A DNA stretch of 63,999 nt, the filler included, from Circinaria calcarea (lineage: Eukaryota), in NCBI GenBank assembly GCA_051942165.1. It is 13 parts of 13 records of this genome, joined end to end, with 100 filler letters (N's around TTAATTAATTAA, not from the genome) between each part and the next. Parts side by side here need not be neighbours in the genome. Positions count along the whole stretch, not along the records: positions 29,765 to 34,606 come from JAVECS010002153.1; positions 34,707 to 39,544 come from JAVECS010002154.1; positions 39,645 to 44,477 come from JAVECS010002155.1; positions 44,578 to 49,409 come from JAVECS010002156.1; 9 more parts are not named here. One strand, written 5' to 3'. Shown piece after piece: positions 32,658-45,405 of the stretch. Made by a program: the position numbers and the translations under genes. Position 1 is the stretch's first letter. The number at the start of each line of letters is the position of its first letter. The notes beneath the pieces were generated by a model. It ran no database searches, had not been told where the DNA came from, and was given only the letters and a program-made list of their open reading frames with translations.

Positions 32658-34706
32658 GATAATACTTGATATATTGGCTTCTTCTAGAGCGGTGGACAGA
32701 TCTTGAAATTGTTTTCGCTATAGCATTATGCCCCTTAAGCAATCGTGCTTCTAGCTGAGCTATAAAGGTGTCTTCCATCTTTAGTTGCACTGTGTGTTCG
32801 TGTGTTCAGATAGGCTCTTCTTTATCCGAGGCCGGCTTCATCGCTTATCGACGTGTTTCCATAGCTCTGAGGGATCACTTGATAGCGTCGCTATTGAACT
32901 CTCTCTCTCCATCGCCACACCCTTGCCTTGTTCTTCCCAGCCCACCGTTAATACCACTACGTACGAGTTGAGTATTCTCAGCGCTCCTTCGGGCCCCGTC
33001 ATCGGGGTCAGATATATCCATGTTCCGAATCCCGTAAAAGGGCAAGTCGATGGAGATGCAAAAGATGCGAGAGTAAGGACAAGAGACGGGAATACAATTT
33101 TCGAGCAAAGCTATTGTATGCCAGCATTGTCGATACTTGCCTGTTGTAGACGAGACAGACGTTAAAAACGGGCGTCAAGGGCTCTTTTTGATAGCGGCAG
33201 CAGCGGCAGTAGTGACGTCGGTGGTGGTGAAGGATCATGTTTCGACTATGGTAAGAGAGACAGAGGTATACAGAGGTTTCTTACCCTGTTATCGTCCTTG
33301 ATGGTAGTCATTCGGACGCGCCGAAAAAAAAGATGATTTGTGCATTTCTGATAATAGGAACAGACGATCGGGGAATGAGATGTCCACCAACCAAGGGGTT
33401 AAACGAAACAGGAAGAGGAAGGGGTTTTGGTCACCGCTGCAGTGGTGGTAGCACTTAAATAATAGCGGATGAAATGACGAGCGTACTTGCTCGGATCGAG
33501 TGCAGGGAGAGGGCAATCAGGATTCGGGACGTTCTTCGGCGAGTGGGTAAAGCTCAAGATGGAAAAAGGGAGCAAAGGGATTACAGAGGAAGGGGAGGAA
33601 GAAGGAAGAGATGTGAAGGAGAAAGAATCTGCGCTACAGACTCGAGCATGTACCTATAATCCCTAGAGAAAGGGGACGGGGAGGGCAAGATTTGGAAGAG
33701 TAGAAGGCTACCATGTCATAGTTACGACACGGGAGACACACATTGACAGGCACCGAGGATTCTGACGTCGGTTGTGCAGTTGCAATGAGAACTTTAGACT
33801 TTCTGTATATTCACAAAAGGAATCAGCTTTTGATAGTTTATCGTCAAAAGAGTACGACAGGAGTATGCAGGCTCTAGCGATAGCTAGGATCAAAGTCCAG
33901 GATAAAGAGCCTCATCAACCAGACAATTGGGCGCATCGAAAAAGCAATCAAGGATAAAATCTCATCTTTCTCTGGCGGTTCCATTAACCATACTGTACCA
34001 ATCAAAGTTATAGAGGTTACAATGCGCTGTGAATAGGGATTTGCCATTCGGCCTTGATCCTCGGTTAATTCCGGAATCACGTGATATGGTTTGCTATTAC
34101 CTCCTTCTCAGCCACAACTGGGGCTCATTGACATCCTTTATTGTACAGCTTTTCCATTCACATGTTTGCTTATTGTCGAGTTTGAAGTCCTCAAAGTTTT
34201 GCTACCAAAAAAATATGAAACGCTGTGAAGGTACTGTCAATAGGGCGGCGGACAATAGGCGGAAAAGGGATGAAACACCTCTAGAATAGCGAAAGGAGAG
34301 CATCCAAACATGTATAATAGAATAACTGCAATAGAAGCTCATTGACCTGCTCAGACATATCCTATTGGCTGTCTTCATGATGAAAGAGCATATATTCAAC
34401 CTCTATACCTCAACTATCTTCCTTCATCTATCTCTCTCCCATCATTTTCTTTCTGCACCTCCAATATCTACTCCTTCTTGTATCTTCTGTATAGCAAAGG
34501 TAAAGCTGTGCTTGCCAACCTTCATTCGAGCTGCGATTCTTTTCAACGTTGAAGCTGGACTTCTCTGACTTCCAAACTATCTGGACATTTGCATCGAACA
34601 CTTTCTNNNNNNNNNNNNNNNNNNNNNNNNNNNNNNNNNNNNNNNNNNNNTTAATTAATTAANNNNNNNNNNNNNNNNNNNNNNNNNNNNNNNNNNNNNN
34701 NNNNNN

Positions 34707-35577
34707 CCGTCACCTGGTTCACTTTCCACCCGTCAACCCACCATCGTCTCTTCTGCCAGATGGAACAGACCCCGGACAATCTCCCGGAGATCCTTACGTT
34801 CGTCGAATGTGGGCTGGTGGAAAGCTCCAAGTCAGAAACACCGTTGAATACAGGTTGACTGGCGCTCGCGCGGTATGTCTTGAACGGATTACCGATGTGA
34901 ACGTCAAAGGCACTGCAGAGGATAAGAAAGTTTTCGTGACTATCGAACGTCGTATTGCGCCACAGAGACCTCAGCCGAATGTTATGGATGCATTATCGAA
35001 AAGTGCTTCGGTGCCACCAGAGGATACACGAGTACGGTTGTTGCGAGATCAAGAGTGCTTGGTTGTCGAAACTCGCATCCTTGTCTTTCTTCAAGCCGAA
35101 AGCAAGATGGTTTCAGCTAATGCCACAGAGATGCCGGCGAAGATACTGAGGCCCCTCCACGAACCGGCCTTCTCACATACTCTTGTACCTTCGGCTGCAC
35201 TACTGTTCCGCTTCTCCGCCCTGACATTTAATGCTCATCGCATCCACCTTGATCGACAGTACTGTCTCGAAAGCGAAGGACACCGGAATTTACTTGTACA
35301 TGGACCCTTAAGTCTGCTACTGATGTTGGACGTTTTACGGCATTATATATACCTGCGGTTTCCTTGGAAGTTCGTCATGGAGATAGAATATCGTAATCTA
35401 GCACCACTGTATGCGGATGAAGCGATGAGGGTATGTGTCCGGCAAAACGGTAAAGACAGATGGGATGTGTGGATTGAAGGGAGAGATGGAGGATATGCGG
35501 TCAAAGGCCTCGCAAGGACAGTTGATATGCTTTCGAGTAGAAGCATCTACGGAGAAACCGTACCCTCAATAGTATAA
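34707..35577 (+). CDS. HTD2: Hydroxyacyl-thioester dehydratase type 2 (double hot-dog); 5' end cut by contig start
   Basis: HLVHFPP...LLPDGTD...RRMWAGG and LFRFSALTFNAHRIHLD..YC..EGH.NLLVHGPL motifs. Confidence 0.88.
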
Positions 35578-36970
35578 CAGCGCCGTGAAGGTCTCAAGTG
35601 GGAGCGGTAAGCCTAGCCCGTATGTGGAAACCGTTGCATACGCAGACTATATCTCTGAGGGATTACGGGCAAGAGGAATCCTCAGCATCACCCTGCTTCC
35701 AAATTGTCTCTACAGCTAACCGCTATAATTTCGGACATGAAAGCTGAAAGCTACAACAACGGCCGCGACCAGTCCGTTATCAAGGGATCTCCCCAAACGT
35801 CACACGGGTAATGGAAAGGTTTTCCTCATATATCTCCAGGCGAATGCAATGCGGGAGCTTTGACATCTGACCGGTCAAAGGGGATATAATACCAGCGTGG
35901 ATTGTGTCCACATAGTCCTATCGCCGGCCCTGTCGGATGGTAACAAATATCTTCGGATACTGTAGAGATAGAGAGGGGGTGTGCTGTAATATCGAAGGTG
36001 TGGCGAAGATCTCCGCTCGTCCGTCAATCAGAATAGGGACTTATGGAAATGTGTCGTCGTTGAGATAAGGGCTGCGGCCGTCAGCCAATGAATCCGACTT
36101 TCCACCTGAAACATCGACTTTTGAAAATGGCCGCTAACGGGAGCCCCTGCGTTAGTCTCCTTACTTTAACCTTTTCAGTTTCGCCAAGAAACCCCAAGGC
36201 GGCTCGGCATTGTTTGCATCATCTAAAGTAGGATGACTTTTGTGTCGGCGTGGCGACGAGAGGACGTAGGGTAAGCGAGCACGTCGAGGCAGCTTTTGTA
36301 GTTCTGCTTTATAAGATTGAGAAGGAGCATCATAAAGACGTAGTAGTCGTCTCGTTTGTCAAAGCCGTAGTTACTACTCAGCAGTACAATCTACAGGACC
36401 TCCGCAGACTAATCATTCAGAAATCAGAATCGCAAGCAGGAATTGAGGCGGTGACCTCACATGTACTCCGTAGAAAAAAAACAAGGTTTCGCGCTCTGCA
36501 GCTGGGGCGCCGGGCAGTAAGCAGAGTAAGCACGGTCTCGGATCATCAGATGTAGAGAAGGTCCATAAACAGTCGTGCGAGAAAGGAAAGCTGCGGGACT
36601 AAATGACCCATCAACCGCTCGTGCAGTAACAGATACAATTCAGATTAAGAACGCATTGTCGATTTGATCCAGTCGTTCTTACTTCAAAGTGTTATTGGCA
36701 AGTTTGGTTGGGCGTTGGTACCGGCTATCACTCGTCGCTTCTCTTGACCTGTCACCCTTTTGTATCTTTTCCCACCCCTACCCCGGACCTTGCCATCTCC
36801 TTTTACCTGTGCCCAGTGACCACTGACATTTCGCGTCGATACCGTCAAGGCCTTCAATTTCCCTTGAACTCTGGCACCTCTTCTCCCATCAAAAGCTTGG
36901 GATCAATGCAGTAATCCCACGCGACAGACTTCTCTGCTGGCTACACGTACAATTGGGATAAACAATCCTC

Positions 36971-38679
36971 ATGGCTCCCTTGTAAGTTTCCTGGTGATAG
37001 ATGCCGTGCAAACACTGGTGCGAAAACACCCGACACAGAATACCGCTCAACTGATAACAAGAGACAGAAGCAGCAGTATCGGGGCAACATGGCGTTCCTT
37101 CTGGCATACCATGACCTCAAACGACCGTCATGCATCCCACGACTCTCCCTACCGGACTGGTCAACACATGCCTCTCAATCAAAGCCGTCATGCTCCGCTC
37201 ACCTCCGTGGCCACGAGCGCATATGAATCCCGACCTGATCTCAGTTTGTCCTACGGGGATGACAATGCTCGGTCGAGCACCGCGCTTCACAATGGATGGC
37301 CGGCCTCTCCCGGTGCTTTACAGTCACCTATAACCCCGTACTCCCCAGGACTCCGCTCGAATCTTGTGTCGCAAAGAAGATCATCCAACGAAAGCAATAC
37401 CTTCGACGGTGTGTCCCCGGGTGAAATCCAGATGCAAAACTTTCAAGAAGGTCTGCCTCCTCCGCCTCCGGTCTCGCACTCGTGGAAGAGGATAGACCGT
37501 TGGGCTGAGGACAACTACGAAGAGCTCTACGACCAGCTTTCCGAAGGCTGTACGCAAAATGACATTAATGAGCTAGAGCATGAGCTAGATTGCTCGTTAC
37601 CGTTGGAAGTGCGCGAGTCTCTCCAATGTCACGATGGGCAAGAACGAGGCGGGCGACCCACCGGTATCATATTTGGCTGCATGCTTCTGGATTGCGAGGA
37701 AATTGTGCAAGAGTGGAAGAATTGGAGAACGGTGAATGAAGAGTACCTCAGCGAGCCGATCCGCCAACTACCTCAAGCTCCGTCAAAGGTATTCGGAGGC
37801 GCGCCATCGTCGAGCTCATCGTCTCATCAAGGCACGAACCCTCTTTGGCGTCAAGAACTCTTGGACAAGCAGGACTCACAGCCACCGAAGGCCATCCAAC
37901 CTGCTTATGCACATCCCGGTTGGATCCCTCTTGCCCGCGATTGGGGTGGAAACAACATTGCTGTAGATCTTGCACCTGGGCCTGCAGGGAAATGGGGACA
38001 GATTATTATTTTTGGCCGCGACTACGATTGCAAATATGTGGTTTCCCGTTCCTGGTCCGCTTTCCTGGCAATGGTGGCAGACGACATTGGTAGTGAAAAG
38101 GTCTTTGTAGACGAAGAAACCCAAGAACTGAAACTGAAGGAGTTCAAGACCAACAATGTGGAGCCGGCGTATCTCGACATCCTGCGTTGGAGGATGGATC
38201 AAAAGTACGGCCGCAGGGTGCCAAAGAGGAAGGCACCAAATGGCCTAGGTGTCAACACGAGGAACCATCCCGACGTAAGAGATTCTCCGTACAACAGCCC
38301 AACCGAGGATAGAGGACGATCGCCACATCGTAGCCCTCATCGTGGGCCGAACCCATTGAGTCCTCGTGGTACCATTGCCAATCCCAGTCCATTATCTCAA
38401 GTCTCGGACGAGACGGTGAGACCTATCGCTGTCCGTACCCACGATTATGCCTATCAAGACCGAACTGTTACAGCGCCCGCGCTGAGCGAGAAGATTAGTA
38501 GACTGGTCGAGGCACCAACGCCGACAACCGGCGCGGACGGTCAAAAAGAGAAGATCTTGGGAAATGTGATGGGTTTAGACGGGGTGGATGATGATTACGA
38601 CAAGGAGAACAAGAAGGAGCCCTTAGCGGATGGAATGGGAGTAAGAGGATTTGGCGAGATGAAGGGCGTAGCGATATGA
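36971..38679 (+). CDS. SMI1: Cell-wall/glucan synthesis regulator KNR4/SMI1 (GS-1)
   Basis: 11-bp first exon (ATGGCTCCCTT|gtaagt); SFWHTMTSNDRHA, HDGQERGG.PTGIIFG and HPGWIPLARDWGGNNIAVDLAPGP.GKWGQIIIFGRDYD motifs. Confidence 0.95.
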
Positions 38680-39644
38680 GAGCATTCGTGTTCGAATCAC
38701 AGACACAACGTGTAGCTGATGCTCTACTCTGTACTCGCCGTGGAGACCTTTGGAACCGTTTACTTCCGGATTTTGGACCTCTAGTGACCGCCTATGCTTG
38801 CTTCACGGACTCAAGCAAAAGTTGGTCTTCATCATCCTGATCGTGCATAGGAGCTAGCACAACGAGATACACCTTCCACCAGTCTTCGCAATTTTACTTT
38901 CGGTGGCTAACCTTTGAGCTGACACCGGCCCCTACATTCCTGAACACATCCCTAAGGCTCTGTCTGTTGCAGCTAAAGAGGAAGCGTTGCACATACGAGA
39001 AGAGTCTTCGGTTTCGATTGGCGGCTTGCATCATCTTGTACACGACGGGGATACGGTGATTTCGCGTAGTACACTGTACCAGTTTCAGGCACAGCACAAC
39101 ACGATCCCATTGAAAGGTTTGTTTCTTTGCATGTCTGCGGCTATTCCTACTCCATGTACCGGCTCCGAGCCGCACGATGTGGAAATGGGACGGGAGATTT
39201 GTATCCTTCGGCCGTGGCGGCCTTGACAGATGGTCAGTTTTAGTAATGCAAGAGATAGCGACGGAATCAAGTACATAAACGAGATATGCTTACCGTTTTG
39301 ATGGTTTGGCGCTGTATGAACATGCGCATGATGTGCAATATGCAACATTACCACACATTCTTTCCCCTTTTCTGCAAGACTGCTGCTCCACTGCTAATAC
39401 CACACGTAGTCTGGAAGAACATGTCCAATGGACATTGTCCCAACCCCTATTCCTAGACCCCCTCACTCTAATCCCATTCATCATCATCCTCCTCCTCACC
39501 GCTCTCCGCCCTCCTGTCGTCTTCTTCCCCTTCCTCCCCAACCCNNNNNNNNNNNNNNNNNNNNNNNNNNNNNNNNNNNNNNNNNNNNTTAATTAATTAA
39601 NNNNNNNNNNNNNNNNNNNNNNNNNNNNNNNNNNNNNNNNNNNN

Positions 39645-39828
39645 GAAGCCCGGAAAACGGTCGTAGGAATTGCGGTTGCGGGAGAGGTTTGGCCGATTGG
39701 TGGTGACAGCGCGTGGAGATGGAGATGGAGACGGGAGCGCGGATGCATGGCGCGAGTAGAGATGTCGATGAGAGTCTGCTGCTGGGGATTAGGCAGCGCA
39801 TGGCTGCTGGCGTGGAGGGAAGTAGCAT
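39645..39828 (-). CDS. 5' fragment of a gene with a mitochondrial-presequence-like N-terminus; cut by contig start
   Basis: ATG 39828, MLLPSTPAAMRCLIPSSRLSSTSLLAPCIRAPVS...; R/S/L-rich with no acidic residues; open to the gap. Confidence 0.45.
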
Positions 39829-40344
39829 GACGGTTGCACGCGGTTTTTAGAGTGGTGTACCGTCAGCTGTTTAATGGCTTTTACTTGCACTGGGGCAGCG
39901 GGTTTTCGATATCGCGCTAGTCTATTTCGAGAGAGGAGCATCAAAGCTTTCGTGGGGCTTTGCCAACTGCCCAACAAACTCACCGCCACTGACTACTTCT
40001 ATCTGCCGTCTAAGCTTACAGGGAGAAGACCGGCAATGGACAGAAAAGTAAGCTGCTGGGTTGATCGTCCATTTCATATGCAGAGTTTTACTGACCTGTT
40101 TTCTGATACCCATGCGAGAACACCGCTGCGGAAAGTCCGTCTGGTCGCCGTTAAAAGTGCCGTGGTGCTGCTTATGGTAGAGGGATCTTAGATTCTTGCG
40201 ATTTACAGAACGACCTTTGAGGCTATTGTTTGGTAAAATACCACTGGAAGAGCCACATTTCCACACCCAGATTTATCATGGATATTTGATTTATATCAGA
40301 TAAATCAACGGTTCACTAAGGTAGTAAAAAATCACCTAGCTGGA

Positions 40345-40987
40345 TGTTGGAAGTCATAGGGCTTATGGTACCGAAGCATGTGTTGCGTAGGAGGTCCATG
40401 CTCAACACTTCCTACACACATCATAAAAGCACTTTTCTCGACGTAGATAGCTTAGACAGTTACATACTCAGATAGCATGAATTGGGGGATTTAGCAGAAT
40501 TTTGTAAGAGGTATGTTATGTACGGGAGCCCGGCGCCGAGACCTTAAGCCTGATATAGTAAGGCCCAGATGGCAGATCTACCATGCTGGCACAGAATCTG
40601 CGCCCTGGTATTGGTCAGAAGCGTTCATTAATATAACATAGCTCCGTTATGGAAGTACAATGGAGCTATGTAAAGCTAAGCCGGGGGCCCTTTCCATGCA
40701 GGGTATGTATTGGTTGGGGCTAAAGTTATTCCGCGCCTAGGCTCACATTGAGAAAGGGTTTGTGGGAATGCAGCAAATCACAGCTACTTATTCGAATGAT
40801 TTTCTACTACCGAAAATTTGGAGTGGAATGCTCTCTCTTGTTTTTAGGCGTGAACCCCTCGTTTAAAACTACAAACTATTGGGCACCTTCCTCCTCTAAG
40901 TTAGGAAAGTGCCCCACAACATTACACTAACATAACGAGTTTTGCTAAATCCCCCAAATGCCACCACACATTACTGCATGCTCAACA
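40345..40987 (+). mobile_element. Copia-type solo LTR (about 166 bp, TGTTG...CAACA) with TSD CTGGA, interrupted by a MITE
   Basis: CTGGA at 40340..40344 and 40988..40992; uninterrupted related copy at 60583..60732 on the opposite strand. Confidence 0.85.
40483..40956. mobile_element. 474-bp non-autonomous TIR element (PIF/Harbinger-like), TSD AAT
   Basis: TIRs TGGGGGATTTAGCA(G/A)AA / TTTTGCTAAATCCCCCA; AAT at 40480..40482 and 40957..40959; empty site CATGAATGCC in the 60.6-kb copy. Confidence 0.85.
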
Positions 40988-41055
40988 CTGGATAGACAAT
41001 TTAGATACCGAAATAAGAAACCCAAGCCCAGAACTTCGCACTCATCTATAACCTT

Positions 41056-44000
41056 TCACGCCATACATATTTCAGAAGCTGAGAGCCGGTTTGCCTGATG
41101 CTTACTATTTCTAGCCAAGGGAAACGTATATGAGTTATGATTCAGTGTAGTCTGCAGCAAATATGCTGAAGGCGTTGGTTGGCCTACCTGCTTTGCTTTG
41201 TTGGTATCATTGAGGATAAATTGGAGAGAGCACCTATTCTCTTTACTGATTGCAGCCTCAAATCGAATTTTGTGCGCGTTCTCCATCAAAAAACTTGGTG
41301 AATGATGTTGCTCGTTGGCCGTTGAATATCCCTCATCATCTGCATCCATCCCGAGGCGAAAGGTAGACTCCAATGAACTGGATGCCGATTTGAACTCTTC
41401 AGTTACAGATAGGCCAAGCTGCACGTCATTACAACGTTCGGGAGACGGAATCTCTGCTACAGGCGAGGAACCAGTAGAGAATGACAAGCTCGGCACAGGT
41501 GAGCATGGAGTCTCGTGTGTTTCAAGAGATGGTGTTGCTGTTCTATCGTTGGTAGAAGGCGAGTGGCCATCGGGTACAATGACTGAAAGGGTATGTGTTG
41601 GGTCTTCGTCTATCAAAGACGGTTTTGGCTCCATGACCTTGGCGCGGGACCTCTTTGATCTCCAGACTCTTGGTTTTCGTGCTTCTTCCTTGACTTCGCA
41701 AATCAGTTGAATCTGCGGCGCAGCATTTACGGCCGTGCTTGTCGCAAAAAGACCTGGGTGATTGTGTTGATATGGAAGAGTAACCTCCGTGGCGGGAACG
41801 TTGGCTCGAATGTCGGCAAAGATATCGTTGATAGGCGTGAAAAGTAATTGCCCGTCGTTCCAACCATAAAGCAGGCCGACCAGTTTGTTGTCAGTCTCGC
41901 GGATGATCCAAGCGCCTGAGTCACCTGCAACTGTATCCTTATCCGGTAGTTCTCGCTCATCTATGATATGCCATTCATAGGTATGATTTCCGTCGTGGCT
42001 GAGAAGCATTGGGACTGCATTAACTTGTCCACGTTGCCGGCCACTCCTTCTACCTACATAATGAACACGCACATTCGGCTCCAGTTCACAGGTTTCCTGA
42101 CATACTTCCCCATCACCCAGCAGGTTGGCTCCGTCAGACCAATAGTTAACCAAGGTAGGATCATCCTCGAAGTGATAGCGGTGCCTATTCTCGCCTTGGC
42201 GGGCAATGTCGACCCTGCATAAAGCCCAGTCCATCCTATGAAATACACGGCGCCGTGCTAGCTCTTTCGGCCAGAGTCGACGGGGTCTACAGGTCTCCCT
42301 GGGTTCCGATTTGCTGCAGAAAGCAACACTTCCCAGGTCGAAATCTAGGTCATTTTTTGATAGCTCTTCCCGGATTGTATTAATATGCTCATAGTCGTCG
42401 TCAAGGGCTTTCAAATTGCTCGGAGCAGCTTCCGCCGCTTGTACGTCCTCGAGAGTAATATCTTGATCGCCAAATTGTTTTTTGCATTCCATCCCGATAT
42501 CGGCTTTCTTATTGGGCTCACTTTGCTCCAAATCTGCGCGCATATTGTCCACATCGGATAAAGATGGGGATGTAAGTACAAAGAGGTCATCGGTACTTCC
42601 TGTATGATTGTTGACATGCTGTCGGGACTCTTCGATAAGATGCTGTACGGTGAGCATGAATAGCTGACCGTCGACCACAACATGACCCCCTAGCGTTGCG
42701 GAAACGGATCTTGTGCAGCGCATACCTATCGAGGCCCCCATCCCGGGATTCTTCCAAAATCTTGTGAAATACGGAAAGTCTTCCTCGTTATCCTCATCGT
42801 CTTGCCCTATGTCCGCTAGTGCTTCACACTGCATAGAGGCACCTACCAACAGCGTCATACGACCTGTCGAGAAACGTAAGGGAATATACACTCGGCCATT
42901 CCCGTGGCATACTGCAGCAACTGCTTCTCGGATCTCCGTCCGAATCCCGTCAGACTGTGTATAAGGGCTCTGGACTCGGATATTCGGGCTAGCTGATTCC
43001 TCTGATAAGCCCGTTCGCACGAGGCTTGCTGTGTAATTCTTCCCAATACGGGGGTCTAGAATCCTAGGGAGAGATGGTAAAACATGCTGCATCCAGGTAG
43101 TTACAGCAAAGGAATCTTCGTTAATTCGCAGGGCGAATGTTTTGTTCGCATTATCACGGCGGCGTTGGTTATCTGCAGCGATTCTTTGGCTCAAGTGACG
43201 GGAATCTGTCAAAGTGCCTGACAAGTGATCCTGCGGACGAAATAAATACTGTGAATTTGCCTTGCAATATATCTCTTTCAAAATCTGTTCCACCGAACAT
43301 CGTACCCTTTTTGCTGCTAAATCCGATCCGCGTAACTTCAAAGTTCTTGTAGATGTGTTATAGGAGATTGAGGATATGCCATGGGTGCTGAGAACTTTAA
43401 CAGAGTTTTCCAAAATAGATTTGGCTGCTCGCAGGGCTTTTCAAACGTCAGCTATGATAACTCGAGTCTCGAAGAGCCTGAACTGTACCTTCCAACTTAC
43501 AGAGTGCCAGAAAGTCAGCGGGATGAATGTTTGGCACTTCTTCCAAGGCTATTTGACTGAAGTCTATTGTCTGGGGACATACACCAGCATAAGGATCCAC
43601 AGAGGATTCTCCCGGGAAACAATGGCTCGAGATTAGAGGGCTATTGACAGCAGACGCTTGACGAGGGAGTCCGAAACCGCTATCAATGTATTGCATCCCA
43701 TAGATCTCGTTAACGGTGGACGGTAACATAGCGATCATGTCTTGAGTCTGGGGATAAGCCTGTGATATGTTTCTGGTGTTGGGATCTTCTGGAAAAGACG
43801 TAGCAAGATCTAAATTGCTTTCTAAGTCTGCTCGAATCACTTGATGCGAGTCAGTCACCAAACCGGAATATGTTCCTCGTTTCGCGATTCCAGTGGACTC
43901 CATCTGAAGTGCGTGTTTGGCAGCAGTTGGTTGCTCAGGCCTGACCAATTCTGACGTTCCCAAAGTGCATGGACAGTAGCGTCGAGCGGATTGAGTATAT

Positions 44001-44477
44001 TCAAAGTATTTCACCGCAGATATTGCTGGCAAATATATCAGTCTTGAAAACATCGTCTCTACTGATTTGTAAGCCTACTTTCTGCCATTTCTAGATTCAG
44101 GCCATCGAGTGACTTGTGATGGTCAAAGGCGTCGCGGCAGTTTATACCGTGCTCCCAGCAGAAATGCTGGCGGAGACACTGTAAAGTACTGAACGCAAGT
44201 GTACCTCCTTCGTAACAGTGCTCCATTTCACAGGCGTGAAGGGTTCCAGCATTGTGTTTGTTACGCATGTGTTGTCGTAAATGATCTTTGCGAATTGTCT
44301 TATATTCCTTGCCTAACCCATATTTACAGCACCCACAACACCACAAGTGGCTCTCTGAAGAATGCCGTGCTTGGTGTCTTTTTAGATCAGCCATTCTAGC
44401 GTAGCTTTTCATGTTCTGGCACTCTGGATTGTCACAGAAGAAGGGAGGGCCTTGCGGCTTTGGCTCTTGTTCTCTCA
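41056..44477 (-). CDS. C2H2 zinc-finger + trypsin-like serine protease (S64/Ssy5-like motifs) fusion protein; 5' end cut by contig end
   Basis: Three C2H2-type units (CDNPEC...DLKRHQARH; CGCC...RKDHLRQHMRNKH; CEMEHC...LRQHFCWEH); introns 44026..44078 and 43437..43500 join the three ORFs in frame; triad motifs ATLGG...LTVQH, MDWAL and GDSGAWI. Confidence 0.8.
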
Positions 44478-45226
44478 NNNNNNNNNNNNNNNNNNNNNNN
44501 NNNNNNNNNNNNNNNNNNNNNTTAATTAATTAANNNNNNNNNNNNNNNNNNNNNNNNNNNNNNNNNNNNNNNNNNNNTGAAGCTAGCCGCCTTTAGCGAA
44601 ATGCCTCCGAATCCTCTGCTGCCTTTTGGTGCTGTTAGGGAAATACTACTGACGGTCTCTACGTGTTACGATTGCTACTACTCCAATCTTCAAAGCTATG
44701 GAAAGGTACTCCAAATCATCATCTTATACACCCGTCGACAACTTGAAGCAGTCTCGACTTGGCAATACACCAAAATGAAAAGTCCCCGCAAAGTCTCTAT
44801 TTTCTCATATTTAAGCGCCGTAGGAGCTGCAAAGCTATGGAAGCATGAGTGACACCCTCCTAAAGATGCGATAGGCTTATTGTACTTGAGATCACATCGG
44901 CTTCTCCAGGGTTTCGTAAGGCAGAAACTCGTGTAGCTGATATTGACATGCTCCTCCCGAGTAATCCCCCTCGGCGAAGTTCCATTCACCTTACAAAAGA
45001 ACAAATTCGCCACAATTTTCGACCTCTTTTATTAAATGCTACGGCCCCGGCCCTCGTAGGCTATTATATTCTCCATATAGGGAATATCATGAAAATTGTT
45101 AGGGGTGGCACGCTGATCTCTTGCCCTTGGGCTTTCATTCGGTTTTAGGGTTTAGGGAATTGTCGGACTTCTGAGGTGGGAAAGGGGGAGAGACGAGGTC
45201 GTTCTATGGCAGAGACGTGCTGGCAT

Positions 45227-45258
45227 TTTATGCACACTTTATGCACACTTTATGCACA
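45227..45258 (+). repeat. 11-bp tandem repeat (TTTATGCACAC) x3
   Basis: Seen directly about 150 bp upstream of the zinc-ribbon gene. Confidence 0.85.
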
Positions 45259-45405
45259 GGTGAATGAAACCCTGCCGCGTCATAAAGTCGCCTTTGTTTC
45301 TTGGCGTTCTATTCAATTAAACTTGTCTATATTAGTTACCTTCGTTTACCGTCCTTCGAGTATCTACTTCTCTCTATTAGATTACGAACGAACAAACTAG
45401 TAGAC

